A DNA stretch of 64,000 nucleotides from Bispira polyomma (taxonomy: Eukaryota), in contig OZ287752.1 of assembly GCA_965649765.1 (NCBI GenBank), positions 42,036,001 to 42,100,000 of the forward strand. The letters are read 5' to 3'. A program made the position numbers and the translations under genes. This document shows positions 37,258 to 51,445 of this stretch, in pieces (within the stretch, counting starts at the first letter, position 1; each line of letters opens with the position of its first letter). A model generated the notes under the pieces. That model was not told the origin of the DNA and did not search any database. It was given only the letters and a program-made list of their open reading frames with translations.

Positions 37258-40200
37258 TCATGGAGGGAGGTAATTATTTGCCCAGGCCATCTGTCCACAC
37301 GTTCTGCATCTTCTGGGGAGGCTGCTTCTGCACTCTCTGTACTCAAACCTAAAAATGGCAGTAAATGTTATGTTTTGAGTCGTATGTTTTATACATAAGG
37401 CATGGTTTACCCAGTTCTCTGTCACTGAAACAGTCGTGTTTTTATTGATGTGTGACTGTTACCGACAGAGCAGCTACCATAAGCAAAACTTTACAAATCT
37501 GACACCTATAACACCTATAACAAAAAAAAAAACAATCATTTTCTATTTAGTCTGGTTGTATATTCAGTAATACAAAAGCCGTACGCAATATCATAACTTA
37601 TGGCCAACCAAAAATTACTTGCTTAATTAAATATCATTATTTGAAAATATTGCCATATATTATTTCCCTTTGAAAAGAACATACTAAACTTCCATGTCAG
37701 ATTTGTGGAATTATGCTAATGGTAACCGCTCTGTCCTTCGCTATTCCTACCATCAGTAAAAATCAAAGCATTGTCGTGGACAGTAAAGTCGGTGTGACTT
37801 GGTCATGGTAATCGAATACTTTTAACAAAAGTGCCAGTATACTGTGCATGGTGTAGTGATAACACACTTGATCGTCTTCCCATCTTCGTTATCGTGGGTT
37901 TGAATCTCTGCCATGTGGGAAAGTGGCCAGTAGACTTGCTGACCACCAGTCTTTTTTATACAGTCCAGAAAACCTTGGCCAACAACACTGATTCCTCCGC
38001 CAGTGAACTGCCTTTCGTAATAAGACACAAAAAGGGTTAAAATCGATGTTAAACCCAAAACTAAAAAAACTACATCAATGGTAATCTAATGCATTCATAC
38101 AAGTACTAGTGTCACACATATATCTGATCAGATCTGTGATATATTAATTGCACCAATTGCTATTATAATATCACACCTATATATATAGGGCGGGGGTGAT
38201 CTAATATTTGGACCAGTATTAAGTGCTTTTAATTGTAAAAAGGTTTATCAATATATATATATATATATAAAAGTAGGAAAATGTAAGATGATCATAATAA
38301 ACATGCTGATAATTTAATTGCTTTATTTTTTTTTTTTTTTTCCATTTATTTTCTTTTAAAATGCACAGTGGAACCAGTGAAGAGCCTGAATAGATTACCA
38401 CACTAGTGAGAAATGTTTATAAAGAACACCATTGTATACCATTGTATTCTATTAAGGTCCAACCCCCGCCCTGTATTTTATATAGATAATATTTAATGTG
38501 TAGTGCTGTCTCGTGGTTGGTCTGAATGGATGAAACCCCTAGCTGTAAGCAGATTTTAATTAAGTACTGTTTTTATCAAACAGTAGATCTATGTTCATTG
38601 TACTGTATTACATATAATTATTTTTACTTCAGAGCTATTTCTGTGAATATATAGGGTGCTATATAAATCTGACATATCATGATTATTATTACCTGTGGTA
38701 CTTTCTGTTGTCTTGTCGATAGACACCAGCAGGTCACACACTTGTGTCACCATCTTCTCCCTGCGGAGGTCGCATGCCTTGGCCCTTTGTTTCTGCACTG
38801 TTTTCTTGAGTTTGGCCTTCACACATTCCTACTTCTTGTCGGCCCTACTCTCAGAATATTTTTTCTTTGTTGCTATGATGGCTTTCACTCGGCGGCTTTT
38901 CTCAGACTTGAGGTCAATAGCCATGTGGGCCGTGGACCTGCATAATCCTGTTGTTTGGGCTAGTCTTGCAGCTTTAGCCTTTGTGGCACTAAACCCTGAG
39001 GTTGCAGGGAGGTCAGTGGCGCTGCTAGGTGTGTCTTTTTTTCTCAACTTTAGGCTTGATTCCCTTGGTGAACATAACCACTTTTTTTCTTTTATATCTT
39101 TATCTTTGCTAGCTTGTTGTCGCTGATAATGTTCTTGGGTGGTGCATTTTTGTCCTTTTTTATTGCCGACAAGATTGCCTGGATCTTGTCATAGTTGAAT
39201 GCCGAGGCTTGCCCCCTGGGGATGGCTTAAGGGGTCGTTTATCATCTGCAGACAACTGCAGGGACTGAATCTGTAGTCGCAGCTGCTCAATTTCCCCATT
39301 GTTTGAGACCTCACAAACTTCTATTGTGGACATATTCATACTCTTAAACTTCTTCTCTATCCCCTCCACACTACATTCGAGTGCAACCTTTCTCTTTTTT
39401 TCCCAGACATTGTTGATTTACAAATATATGAGATTTGTGATAAAAAAAAAACTCAACTATACTAGCGGCGTTGATAAATCACTAGGTAACGACGGTTGTT
39501 GGGTAGCGTGTGACGTCATACACACATTCGTGACGTATTATCCTTATCTCTGACGTTGTTGGATCACGGGTGATACAATAACCAAAAACATTGTGACATT
39601 TAATTGTCCTCGTTATCTGTGATAGTTTTGCGTAGTAGTTGACTTCAGGTACGTCACATAAATATACTCGGTACACTATTTATACTGTTATTGTTATTTA
39701 AATGAACCAAAGTTTTACTTTTTAGTAAGTTTACTTACAACACGTACAAATGTAACCCAATATATGGTGTATGTGCCAAAATTAAGGACCAAAAAATTAC
39801 GTCACATTTTATTAAACGTCACAAACCTATCAGTTCACGGGTGTGAACCAATAGAAAGATCTTAAAAACAGTTGTTTACTTCCACTGTCAAGATAGATCT
39901 GGAGCAGCCCCAATTTTAAGGATCCTGGTGGCACCCTGCTGAATCCTCTGGACGACCTGGCATGATAAGGGGATTATAATCCAAGACAGGAAATACTTAA
40001 AATATTATAAAATGCCCCCGATAATCCGGTGGTCACCCCGGGTGATCTTTGGGGACCCAATTATCCAACTGGAATAACCGGGACCCCAGGGGTTCCCCCC
40101 TCCCCAATCATAAAGATCAGTCTGGGTGACCTCCCCAATCGTAGAGATCAGTCTGGGTGACACCCTGTTTGACTGATCTCCTGTTTGTCTAGGGTTTTGG

Positions 40201-43200
40201 GTATAAAAGGTCATTTTCGCCGATGGTCTAGACAGTTGAATTTTTTTTCATAGAGCGCAATCATCATGATTGATCTCGGGAGCTACAGGATTACGTCCGG
40301 GGTGCCCAAATTACGCACAGTTACATATCATTATGTTAGAATCTGCCACCTCTCGCAACGGTCATGAAAATATTTACATTGAACCACGCTGCATTGTGAT
40401 ACATTAGTTGGTGTTAGGCTATTCAGGTCAGCGAGGAGCAACACCACAGAGTCTTCAAATGTTGTGTGAAACATTTTTATTGTTATGGATAGACACCTTA
40501 ACTTAATTTCTGATAATAGTCAATGTAGCAGTGGTAGTCGCATTGAATATATTCGTCATTTACTGGACAATTCTGACTTTGTGTTTATCCAAGAAAATTG
40601 GTTAGGTGACTGTCAAAGAAAGAGATACAAAGCTTCCTTCCGTTTGTACAGCCTTTAAGTTGGCAATGCAATATTATGTGGAAATCTAACCTGGTTGCCA
40701 ATGCAATCCTAACAGAATGCTTGCAGTGACAGTAATGTTAGGCAATTACAGTTTTTTGATTTGCTATGTATATATATGCCCTGTTCTAATCCAGTTAAAC
40801 TTCTAAGGTTTTACGTAACATTGAAGCTATTTGTCAGTCTCAAGTATATGATGCACTGATAGTTGGAAGTGATTTTAATGTGGATGTTACTAATGGTAGT
40901 AATGCTAGCGTAGAACTGTTGCATAACTTTACTACACAACAGAATTTGGTTTGTGGTTGTTTAACTAATAAAAATAAAACTGAGTTTTCTTTTAAAAATA
41001 AAGTTAATGGTTTTAGATCCCTTAATGATCATTTCCTAATATTTAGCAATATAGTTGACTGCTTAAAAAAATATACAAGTCTTAATAAAAACTGTTCTGA
41101 CCATTTACCTGTTAATATTAAATTATCTATTCCAGTTAAATACAGTAACATTAGTGACAGTAATCAGAATGTAGAATTTAATAAAATATTTTAATGGTCA
41201 AAATGTACTAAATATCACATAGATAATTTTAAAATGAAACTGGATTGTTATTTAAACAACATTAAAATCAGTAATAGTGCATTGTCATGTAATGATTTTA
41301 AATGCAGCAGTAAAATGCATTATGATCAAATTTCAGATAGATTCTGTAGTGACTTATACACTAATAAATAAATATAGCTAGATATACTAATGATTTAAGA
41401 AATTGAAAATTACTGCCCAAGGTGTTAACGTCTTTTAACTCAAAATAGTAAATATAATGTTTACTTAAATACTTCTCAAAAATTGTAGTGATATTTTCTT
41501 CAATCTAGAATTTACAGTACTTGTAATATTTACCTGTGGTTTTTCTGTTTGGGTCTGAGAAACAAACAAACTAACAAAAACATCATAGATATAAACAGAA
41601 AACTGATGATTATCAGCCAGATCAGGACTCCAAGTATGACGTTCTCATTTAAAAGTTGTGATGGTTTCTCTGCAACAACAAAAAATGCAATCATTAAGAA
41701 AAATAGTAAAATCCCAGATAGCACAGACAAAAGTTTTCCTTTGCATATTTTACAGAAGTTTTCTGCAGTGAAAAAAATGGGTTGAAATTATGGTGACTAC
41801 CCAAGGTTTAAACCCATGAAACAGTTAATGCATTGAAGTCCAAAGAAATACAAAGCATTTCTCTTGATTTACACAATAAAAAAAAATTGTGCAATAACGT
41901 CAAAGGGGGCAGGCATGCTAAATTTGATTCCCAGACACTGAGGCTAATAGGATTTTAGTGTCGCTCTGCCAGATAATTGAATGTTACCATTTGACTACCT
42001 GTAATTGTGAGGGTTTGTTCTCGGTATTTTGCTGACTGTACTTCTGAAGTTGATATAGGTGGCAATGTAGGTATTGGTAAGGCATCACAATCTAGCATAT
42101 AGAAATATATTACTATTAATTGAGATATTTATTTCAAAAAAAAAAAATCCTTCATCAATTGGGTTGAAAAAAGTTACCCATCAAGATCAACAGCTAGTCT
42201 GCCATTCTTGTGTTCTTCGTTCCTATTCATTTTACAAAAAGTACAAAAGCAAAACAATTGAATATTGAAATCAAAATGAATTTCAGTAGCAACCTCAATC
42301 GACTGCAAACTAAAGTAATGAGATGGCATACATACAATTGTACCAAGTATTTTTGGCTACATATTAGTTTCGGAAAACATTTTCAGTCAGCTCTTGGGAA
42401 TATGGAAACCAAAAATATATGTATATGAATAAATTTTGGCTGTACAAATAATGCTATATTATATATTGATGCATGAAATCAAATAAGTCTATAGGGGCAA
42501 ACAGTTGTTTGCCTGTGATTAATTTAAGTAGATCATATAATCTGTTTTGAAAGTTTAATGTCTCTTTAATCATATTCAAAAACTTCTTGTTAAAACAATG
42601 TTTCCTTCTTAATTATGGCCAGATTCTGTTGCTAAAGGAAACTAGTAGTAGTCGTAATAATCCACTTAATTTCACATTAGCAATAATTCACTTAATTTCA
42701 CTTACCCTTGTTGGCACAAAGGGCCACTGCAAACACCAATGGTAAGAAGAGGGTCTCAAACAATGCAGATGTTGTTTGTCCAAGGTTCTGATTGTCTCTG
42801 GGGAATGTGTCTAAAGAGATGACTGTGTCTACGCCTGGTGAGAAGTCATATAACACAGGACATGGGTCTATGGTACAGTGGAGACCTAGTTTATGGGCTG
42901 TTGTGGTTGTGAAGTGCTCACTTGGTTCCAGTTCTATCTACAACAAATGTATTGACAACAAAATGGAGCATTGTAGCTTTCCGGGACATCAGCCACAGAC
43001 AAATGATACTTGGGCATGATGATGTACCTTAATTTGAAACATGATCATTTGATTGTTGTTATTTTAAAATGCTAAGGTAACACTTCCAATATTCATGGAA
43101 AAACAATGGTACATTAGAAACAAAAGACCTAAAAAGCCATCGCATCAAATGCTCAGAAGTGTTGTTTTTGAAGAAGGGCAGATTTTGATTTTAAAAGAAA

Positions 43201-45321
43201 AAATCTTTCCCATTAAAAGATTATTGCAAGTAGGTAAATGTTATTATAATTATTGTGCCAGACCACTAGATAGTCCTACTACCAACAGTTACATAGAGTG
43301 ACACTCATCTGTTAAAGTGGTCTTAACTTAATGTATTTACTTAGTTTGTTGTAACTGAATGACTTACCTTACGATAAACCTTAAACTAATAGTATTGTAA
43401 TGTCATACTTAGGTTGCACCTTAAACTCACTTAAGTAACCTTAAACTCAACAAAGTTAACCTTAAACTCAGTAAGGTGGTCTTAAATGTATATCTTGAGT
43501 TTGTACATATATTTTTAGATTAACATAGAATAAACGCATATACCTGATGTAGCTATACTTGTGTTACAAGGTCAACTTAGGATCTGGCTAGTTTGCTTCG
43601 AAGTCAACCCTTAAATATCTCTGCTGCCTGTTTAGCATTTAGGATCATTCAGGTCTTCGTACTTACCAGCGATCGACCTGTTCTACCAGATGGTTGTACC
43701 TTGGTCTCCCAGTCCAAGGTGTAGTTAACATCCTCTACTTGACTCCACAGCTGTATTCTTACTGGATTGGTTAACATGGGTCCAAAGTAAGCTACCACTA
43801 CACGTACTTCAACAGGAAGAGGACTAATACAACTCTGTAATATCACGTGGTTGTGGGCATCAAAAATACCATTACCGTGGAGGTAAGTGTGCTCGTCTTG
43901 TGATTGACCTGATAAAAAACCGAAAACAAGAGATATTTTACATTGTTTAAAATGTATTTTATATCAGCCTAAATTCAGGAATATTTCTGAACTAAGATGA
44001 AAACACAAAATTATATTGATTTTTACAGCCTTAGCTATCTTCTAAGGTGCAAATTCCAAATTAACTAAAAAAATTGTCTGCCATTAATAGCAATAACTAT
44101 GTCCGGTTACTCATTGAATTTTCCACACACACAATATTCATTCAAGTTTAAAACTTTAAGCTAATGAGCATAGACAGTCTGAACTCTATGAATGGGGACA
44201 CAGATTAACTACATCTTTGATCATCTTTTACACAAATTATACAAATCTACAAGATTAAGCAAATTAAAAAGACCAGTATTCATTGACACCAAGTGTAATA
44301 ATTGAATTAGCATTCATAAGATTTTAATGCCCCAAAAAATCATTTGGCATCATTCCGAAAACTAAATTTTATTTTTGATTGAGTTTAAGGTAATTTTAAA
44401 TATAAAATGCATCTTTTCATAGTAGTGCATTCGCCTGTCATAAACGTTGATGCCTGATGTAACACCCTGCCGAATTTAAAGCGAAAGGAACTTACATCAA
44501 GTTGTTTTGACTTTGTCAATAATGGAATCGATGAATTGGGAGGGTTTACGTGAAGTGTGTATTTAAAATATGTTCCTTACTAAGTCCACTATTACCAGTC
44601 AAAACGGGGTTCCAGGTTTTTTCCCTGGTCATGAATGGTGAAATGTGTGATGGTGAAATTGATGGAACCGGAAGTGGACCTAAAATTGCAACAAACTCAG
44701 TTTTATGCCTAAGGGAAGCCTTAGTGTCATCCGCATTACTGACGGTAGATTTGTGATAATTACAATAATAATCATAAGTTCAGTCAAATCCAAAAGGAAG
44801 CCAACATGTATGACAAAGGGTAATTGTATACCCCAATAGTCAACTAAAACCTTTCTCATGAAGGTGAGTATCAATTTAGATCCAAAAATTACAAAGAATT
44901 ATGTTGACCAGTAAATTTATGATATTATGAAGTTCCGAGAAGAGTCATGAAAAGTGTTGAAAATCGTATGAACCTAAACTGGCCTTCATTTTGTTAGTGA
45001 TATTTTGAAATATACTGTTTTTTCTGCATTATGTTAAATATGCCAGTGACGCTATGTTACTTGTAAGTCCACTGCCTACCCTGTTGAATGATTGTGAAAA
45101 AAAATACTTAATTGGGGGATCTGTCTGAATCTAGTTGATGACAACAGGGAAGGCACTAGTACGTTTTCCTTCTAGTCTGGTACCTATGCTTCATCTGCTG
45201 CTGGTAACTAAAGTTACAGACCACACTCTATTTTTTAAATCTTACCTGTATCTGAGGTCATGTCACTTTTAAGGATGCACAAAATCTGTATCACTAAAAT
45301 AACATTTATTATATCATTCAT
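37258..45321 (-). CDS. Spliced host gene, ~289-aa membrane protein (exons 45321-45246, 43908-43667, 42937-42706, 41762-41534, 37348-37258)
   Basis: All introns GT-AG with matching phases (1,0,1,2) and a stop-free join: MNDIINVILVIQILCILKSDMTSDT-GQSQDEHTYLHGNG...RIQLWSQ...GRSL-IELEPSEHF...LFLPLVFAVALCANK-ENFCKICKGKLLSVLSGILLFF...KNH-RFEYRECRSSLPRRCRTCGQMAWANNYLPP*. AATAAA on the minus strand at 37101-37106. The last exon is the least certain. Confidence 0.8.
37830..38060 (+). mobile_element. tRNA-derived SINE (old copy)
   Basis: tggtgtagtga (A box), gggtttgaatct (B box), catgtgggaaagtggccagt, ttcctccgccagtgaactgcc, gatgttaaaccc. Confidence 0.7.
38186..38473. mobile_element. Tc1/mariner-type MITE
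   Basis: agggcgggggt..tggacc / ggtccaacccccgccctg, with TA on both sides. Confidence 0.6.
38595..39400 (-). pseudogene. Disrupted Lys/Arg-rich ORF of unknown origin inside host intron 4
   Basis: Consecutive minus-strand ORFs 39160-39369, 38829-39047 and 38595-38822 form one basic, coiled-coil-like reading, broken by stops and a frameshift. GC is higher than in the flanks. Confidence 0.45.
40480..41200 (+). mobile_element. Decayed LINE apurinic endonuclease domain
   Basis: DFVFIQENWL, VYMPC, IVGSDFNVD, SLNDHFLI, SDHLPV. Confidence 0.8.
43310..43580 (+). repeat. Relic Ngaro B-type motif array in host intron 2
   Basis: agtggtcttaa, aggttgcaccttaa, aagtaaccttaa, aagttaaccttaa, aaggtggtcttaa; terminal aaggtca. 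Confidence 0.5.
44560..44900 (-). mobile_element. Decayed Ngaro RT fragment in host intron 1
   Basis: DYWGIQLPFVIHVGFLLD and HISPFMTREK..LVIVDLS match GYWDTQLPFLVRYGFPLD and HISPFMSREK..VIIDLS of the full element. Confidence 0.8.
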
Positions 45322-46364
45322 GATAGTAGCATCAAACACAAAACCACATGGTAATCGTTCACTCATATTCCTGGGAACTCGAAAGAAAAATGATGTGAAA
45401 AATGTGTGTCAAAAGAAATCAAGTAGGGTGAAATTGCTTTATTACAATAACAATTGATGTGTGCCAATCTCCTATTCAGAGAAACAGTACAAAGCCAAAT
45501 ATAATTTTAATGTGCAACTCAATACCTTGTCAATGAAATGGTTAGTCTTTATTACATAACCAAGGCAATAAACGTCAATGAAGTCATTCTGGTGCACCCA
45601 GTACAGACAGAATAAGAATTAATAAAAAAAAACTAGAGCAGTATTGAGAATAAAACCTCAGAAATGTCTCACTATCTATGTATGTAAGTACCACCCTAAA
45701 GGATCATTTAAGTTAGGTTTTTTATTTCACATGTACAAGAATATAAACAATGGTTGATGTAAGACTGAACTGTACTACTGCTAGACTAAACGACAACCTA
45801 TATAATAATTGTCTTTTAAAAAAGGAAGTAATTCTTTTCTAGCAATGCATAGTTATCATCCTCTTTATACTTTATTGTTTCTCTTATTTGGTGCAAACAA
45901 ATGTGTCACCCTATCTCTACAGCCCCCTTTTTTAGCTAGACTGTCAATAATTAGGTCTATCTGTCCCACCCTCGAGAGTTTCTTCGCAAACACTTCACTC
46001 AGAAAATCTGTAGGTTTTCTTTAAGAAAGCAAAAAAAATAAAATAAAAAGGAGAGACACTAACTGACACTGACACTAACGTCAATTTTGCTCCATTTAGT
46101 CTATATATAACATCTAATGCCTCTCTGAACAACAAATTGTGTTAAAACATAGAAATGTTGTTGGCTTAGGGTGTATATGCCTACGCTTCCTTTCACCCGA
46201 TTTTTGCTGGCCGATGTCGGCTGAATTAATCGGTCATTATTTGATGCTATGAAGTGCTTTCTTTCATCAGATTTTTGTCAAATCTGATCAGATGTTGGCA
46301 AATGTCTGTTTCACCATTAGATTTAATCGGGAGGTCGGTCAGTACATTTTAGATGAAAAGAAGC

Positions 46365-47230
46365 ACTAATAATAACAATAATAATAAATATCTCATATAG
46401 CGCTCAACTGGTACATAAAAAAAAAAGAATTTCTGTATTCTGTGGCGCTTTACAAAAATGCCTTCTAAAATAAATGAGTCTTTTTTAAGCTGTTTTCTGA
46501 ATAGGTTGTGGCTGTCTGTTTTCTGAGGTAGTCTGGAAGAGAGTTCCATGACTTTGGGCCAAATACACTAAAACTGCGGTCGGCAAATGTCTTTGCTCTT
46601 GTTTTCGGAATATCCAATAGATAGTACTGTTTTTTAATCTAACAGGATAGCCACAGTCACTTTTTTCTTGAATTAGATTCTGTAAATATCTTAGTGCTTT
46701 CTGGTGAATACATTTATGGACTATTGTCAAAATTTTAAACAATATTCTGTAACGAATTGAACGCCAGTGGATTATCTTTAGTGCTTGTGAACTACTGCTG
46801 TATTTGTCTAAGTTTAATACAAGCTTTGCTGCTGCATTTTGCAATTTTTGTATCCAACTTATCTCTTTCTCAGGCAAGGTCATGAAGATACCATTGCAAT
46901 AGTCCAGATGGGATAGAACAAGGCCATACACTACTTGTTTGCATGCTTCAGTTGTTAAAGATGCTCGAATTAGCCTGATGTGGAGGTTGTAGGCTGCTTT
47001 TTGGCACTTGAGACTAATGCTGTTGCAGAGACAATGTTTCATTCAGAGTGACTCCCAAATACTTCATAGTCGATGATTTTTTAACCCTTTTTCCATTCAC
47101 AGTAATATGGGATGTAGAACATTTGCTCAAGTGTTTGTTTTATCCAAAAAAAGATTAGCTCTGTTTTTTGAAGAATTCATTTAAAATTTATTTGCATCCA
47201 TCCAGCCCTTTATAGTACAGAGTGAGTTCT
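46365..47230 (-). mobile_element. L2/CR1-group LINE 3' fragment
   Basis: GLVLSHLDYCNG, QKLQNAAAKLV, IHW..I.YRI.FK; (TTA)n tail at ~46365-46388. Confidence 0.85.
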
Positions 47231-47589
47231 GTTGCCCCTCAATGACGGTGACTTCTTCATTTACATTGTTTACACTAAATGATTTTCGTAGGCCATTGGC
47301 TGATGTTGGCTCAGCTCGGATTTTAATAAATCGGCCGATCTCAGATTCAGCTAAAAGGAAGCCTAGGCTGAAGATACACATATAGTTTATTAACACTTAA
47401 CATATATGATATTTTATTGTCTAGAAATCTTTCTTATGTTCAAAGAGTACATTGATTATCTACCGGAAATGTTAACATATAAACTTTATTCAACCCCCAC
47501 ATCCAGAAGACACTGAAACACAAAAATGGCATAAATATTTCTTGGTTTTGTACCTTATCAAACAGGATATAACAGCGTTACTTATGTCC

Positions 47590-48470
47590 AGTGGGAATAT
47601 GTAAAATTGTGACAATAAAGCAGTGGTGGATGTTCTATGTTCTGGCAAAGCCAGGGAAATATTTAGCTTAGTGTTGCCATGTTTACAGTACCGTGATGGT
47701 GTAAGCCACTAAAGTTAACCTTGTGTCTAGATAGGCCAAGTACATACAGCATCCATGGTGGGTTCCCACCTAGATAGACTTGTAGTATTAAAACATAGTA
47801 TATAACAACATGTATGTCATTTGAGACACACAAAATCCATATATAATACTATATAATACTTTTTCTCCAAAGTACAATTACACTATTTTTATTACTTTTA
47901 GGTATACTGTTTACAAGCAAATATTTGAGAATTTTATTTTAAAATATTAAATAATTTTATACAAAAACTGACACAATTAAATATGATGGAATAAAAGTTC
48001 CCATAATGACCATATTTTAGGAAAAGGTGTTTCTTTCATGGAATACTTGCATGTTAACCATCAGCAATTAAAGCAATATTCACAATGTATGGACTAGAAA
48101 CTGCTGTCTTCTTAGACCCCAGAATTAAAATGTTTCTTACATCTCTTGACAGTGATAAGCCACTTAAACCTAAAATTAGGAACTTTTTGTACATTAATGC
48201 TTTGATCAGCATTGCTAATGTAATATTTGAAACAGCCAGGATACTCAGTCAATTGCCATTCTTGCTTTAGGTCATTTAGTTTACCTAATTTAGTCTTCCC
48301 TTTTCTTACCTGTATAATGTTTTGTATTTAGTTGCATTTGTTTCAAATTTACTTTCACAGACAGTAAGGATATATGATCCCACATAGAGATTTGTCTTTT
48401 GATGATGTTATTTTTGCACCTTTTCTAATCATAGTGAGATGGAGTAAAATCATTCGAAACAGCCAGGATA
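47590..48470 (+). mobile_element. Decayed Ngaro RNase H / YR fragments
   Basis: CDNKAVVDVLCSGKAR (~47608), MYGLETAVFLDPRIKMF (48085) and DDVIFAP..IIVRWSK (~48400) match the full element. Confidence 0.75.
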
Positions 48471-51445
48471 CTCAACTGGCTGTTGTATATGAATAGTCGT
48501 GAAATAATGCTTTATTTTTTAGTTTAACTAATATTGAACTTTATTTGTAGCCATTGGAGCTTTTTAAAGCAGAAATTTGTATAAATCAGCAATTGTAAAT
48601 TATGTGAACAATTCTAAATAGATTATTTTTGAATTTATGCAGCTCTGTTTATTAGTGAATTATTACAATCGATTTTGCTTGCAACAAACGCTTTGCAACT
48701 GCGACGGCATTTCCAAACCTAATGTAACCATTAACCATGACTCTTGCAAATGTCACGAATGTTATTACAGCATGCTCTGCAGGTGTAAAACATGCTTATT
48801 GAAGCAAAATTCTTCATCAAAAGTGATTCCAAGATTCTTGGCAATATCAACAAGAAAAACGGTATGATTTATGGAAAAAAATTTGCTGACATTTCCTTTT
48901 GTAATTAATTTAATGAGAATTGCTCATAACCCTGAGTTTTATGCAAGGCCAGTGCCCATGTGAAATTAAACACTTGTCCTAGTTGTCATTATGCTAAATA
49001 TAGAAAAGAAAACTTGTGTAAAAATGCCTTGTTTAATCAAAATCCTGAAAACACTTGACTACAATTGTATTTTTTATCCCATTGCTGAGAAAGTTTCATT
49101 TTTGTTAAAACATTCCAAATTAGACCTAACACAACCTATTGTTGCCTTATTGATTTGTTAAGGCCCTTATCTGAAAACGTTCAAACGTGTCAGAGGAAAC
49201 TTTTTTTTGCCAATTGTCATCAATAATATTCACTTTCAGACTTAAGAACTAATTCTATCAATTACTGATCTCTAATAAAAGATAAATGTAAAAATCTATG
49301 ACATTTATTTGAGGAATATTGTTGCTACTATTCAACGTGTGTTTACACAAAGCAATAAATGTCCAATGTGGGAAATAAGAAGCAATTACACTCCAGACGT
49401 ATTAAGGAAAATGGAATGGGGAAAGAGTAGTACCCCCTGGAGTTAGTGGTAAAAAAGTCAATGGCATTTAGAAGTGCATATCATTAAACAAGTGGACGTT
49501 TTTTCAACAGAAATAAAACAGGCTAGTCTTTAGTTTCATGAATAAGGTTCCTTAGGAGAGCTTGAATCTATTTACAAACTGAAATTTTATTTATTTTTGC
49601 AATCGCTTTTAATATAATCCATCGAGACAATGGTTGTTTTATTTTACTAGGCCAATAGGATTAATGCTGTCCCTTTTAAGTCTTAGAAAACAAAAGGTGT
49701 TTTTTTTTTGGAAATATCCTACTTATTAACTTGGTTAAAAATACCCAAACCTTGTTAGTATTTTCATTCATAGCTTGGTTGAGGTCTAGCGCAGCTCCAC
49801 TGAGTGTCATCCCTGTCTGTACTATGGTGTAAGTAAAAGTTTTCGGTATTGTGAATCAATGACATTAACGTACCTATTTCCTGAAAATGCTACGTCAGAT
49901 TAACCAATATATATTTTTTATACTCAAAAACCTTTCTTTCAAACCAGCCGGACAACTGGGCCAACATACTATTCTGTCCATTACCTCTGAGGCATATTAG
50001 CGTACTGGGTATACTGAAGCTGGTGTTTATGTAAACAAGAAAATTCAAGACACACGTGCACAGCTCACTAACAGATTTTCTAGGGCAATTTTACTTGTCA
50101 ACTGTATTTAAATATCTAATGATGCATGTAATTAGATACACAAGCAGCTGTCCTGGTGCATGTGGCTCTTGTTATACATCTATACTTTTTTAAGCACACA
50201 GATTAGGCTTTTAGTGGGTGTCAAAAACCACACTGAAGGTTTGACAATGGTAAACAATTACGTAGAAAATTTAAGTTCATATGTTAACCACACAAACTGG
50301 CAAAATATGGATGCGACAACATTTTAAAAAAAAAATACATTTTCTAAATATTGCTTAAGCGTACACTTTTAAGTTTTTGGAATAGGGAAAAGACCCCCTG
50401 GAATAAACACCATTCTGTGTTCTGGCACTTTTATGTATAAACTACTGATGGAGTATGTAGGGGAATGCTGCATTGTTGATGTTTTGTAAGACACCATTGA
50501 AAGCCCAATGATTCTTTTAACCATTTGAGGAAAATATCCCATGTGACAAGGGGATGGGACAAGGTAAAAGTCTCTCAATGAATGTTTGATAATCATTGAG
50601 ATCAAGCCTTTAACCAATTCACAGTAGATTAAATGAATGACATGAATAAAATGCAGAATAGACAGCATCTAATCTATTTGAGGTATATCCCCCATTATGC
50701 AATCTTAAGATTGCTCAAGGCCACACTTTATAAATCTTTTGATAATGGAATAGTGATGTGTCGAGGCAGGATGTAAAACATATGGTCAGGAACGGCTGAA
50801 AAAACTTGTGGAAAAAGTAACTTCAAGACTCTGTCACAGTAGACTAGTAGCTAGCATACTTCCTTTGGAACACAGTGAAACCCGGGCTAGATCCCAGATA
50901 GAAGAAACAATAGATAGATAGTGGTTGTCTTGGCCATCTGTCACCAGGTCCTATGACTCATGTCGCCAGGGACAGGTTAAAGAACATTGGGAATGACAGA
51001 CTATCTAAGATGGCCATTTACTGTTATATTGTATTAGAATTTATATACTCACCATAACATCTGGTCTTACAAGTACTAATAACTCGTTTCTTGACAGTCT
51101 AAGTACACACCCAAACAAACACTAGTAACTGTCATTTCCCTGACTGCAGACCATTTATCAACGTCATCTAGGTTCTGTAACCTACCATTTGGGATAGGCC
51201 CCATTGCCAGAGGGACTGTCATTGTAAGTGATCATCTGAGCCATTAAATATCTGCCTGTACATGGTCATCCCATGCTGGGATCTAACTCAGGTTCTCTGT
51301 CTTTCTGAGAGATGTGTTACAGTGACAGATAACTTCTGTTAGTAGCAACACAGTAAATATTTCTTGTTTGGCTGTAACTGTGCAGCCAAGTAAAGCTTGT
51401 TTACCACTTTGTATGTCAGTCAGACAATGACGCTGTGCTACAGAC

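Noticed and set aside
44582-44679. Additional host exon (AG...GT, open frame)
   Set aside because: The translation HISPFMTREK is Ngaro RT. Exonisation is not excluded (and 97-98 nt would disturb phase), but it is unsupported.
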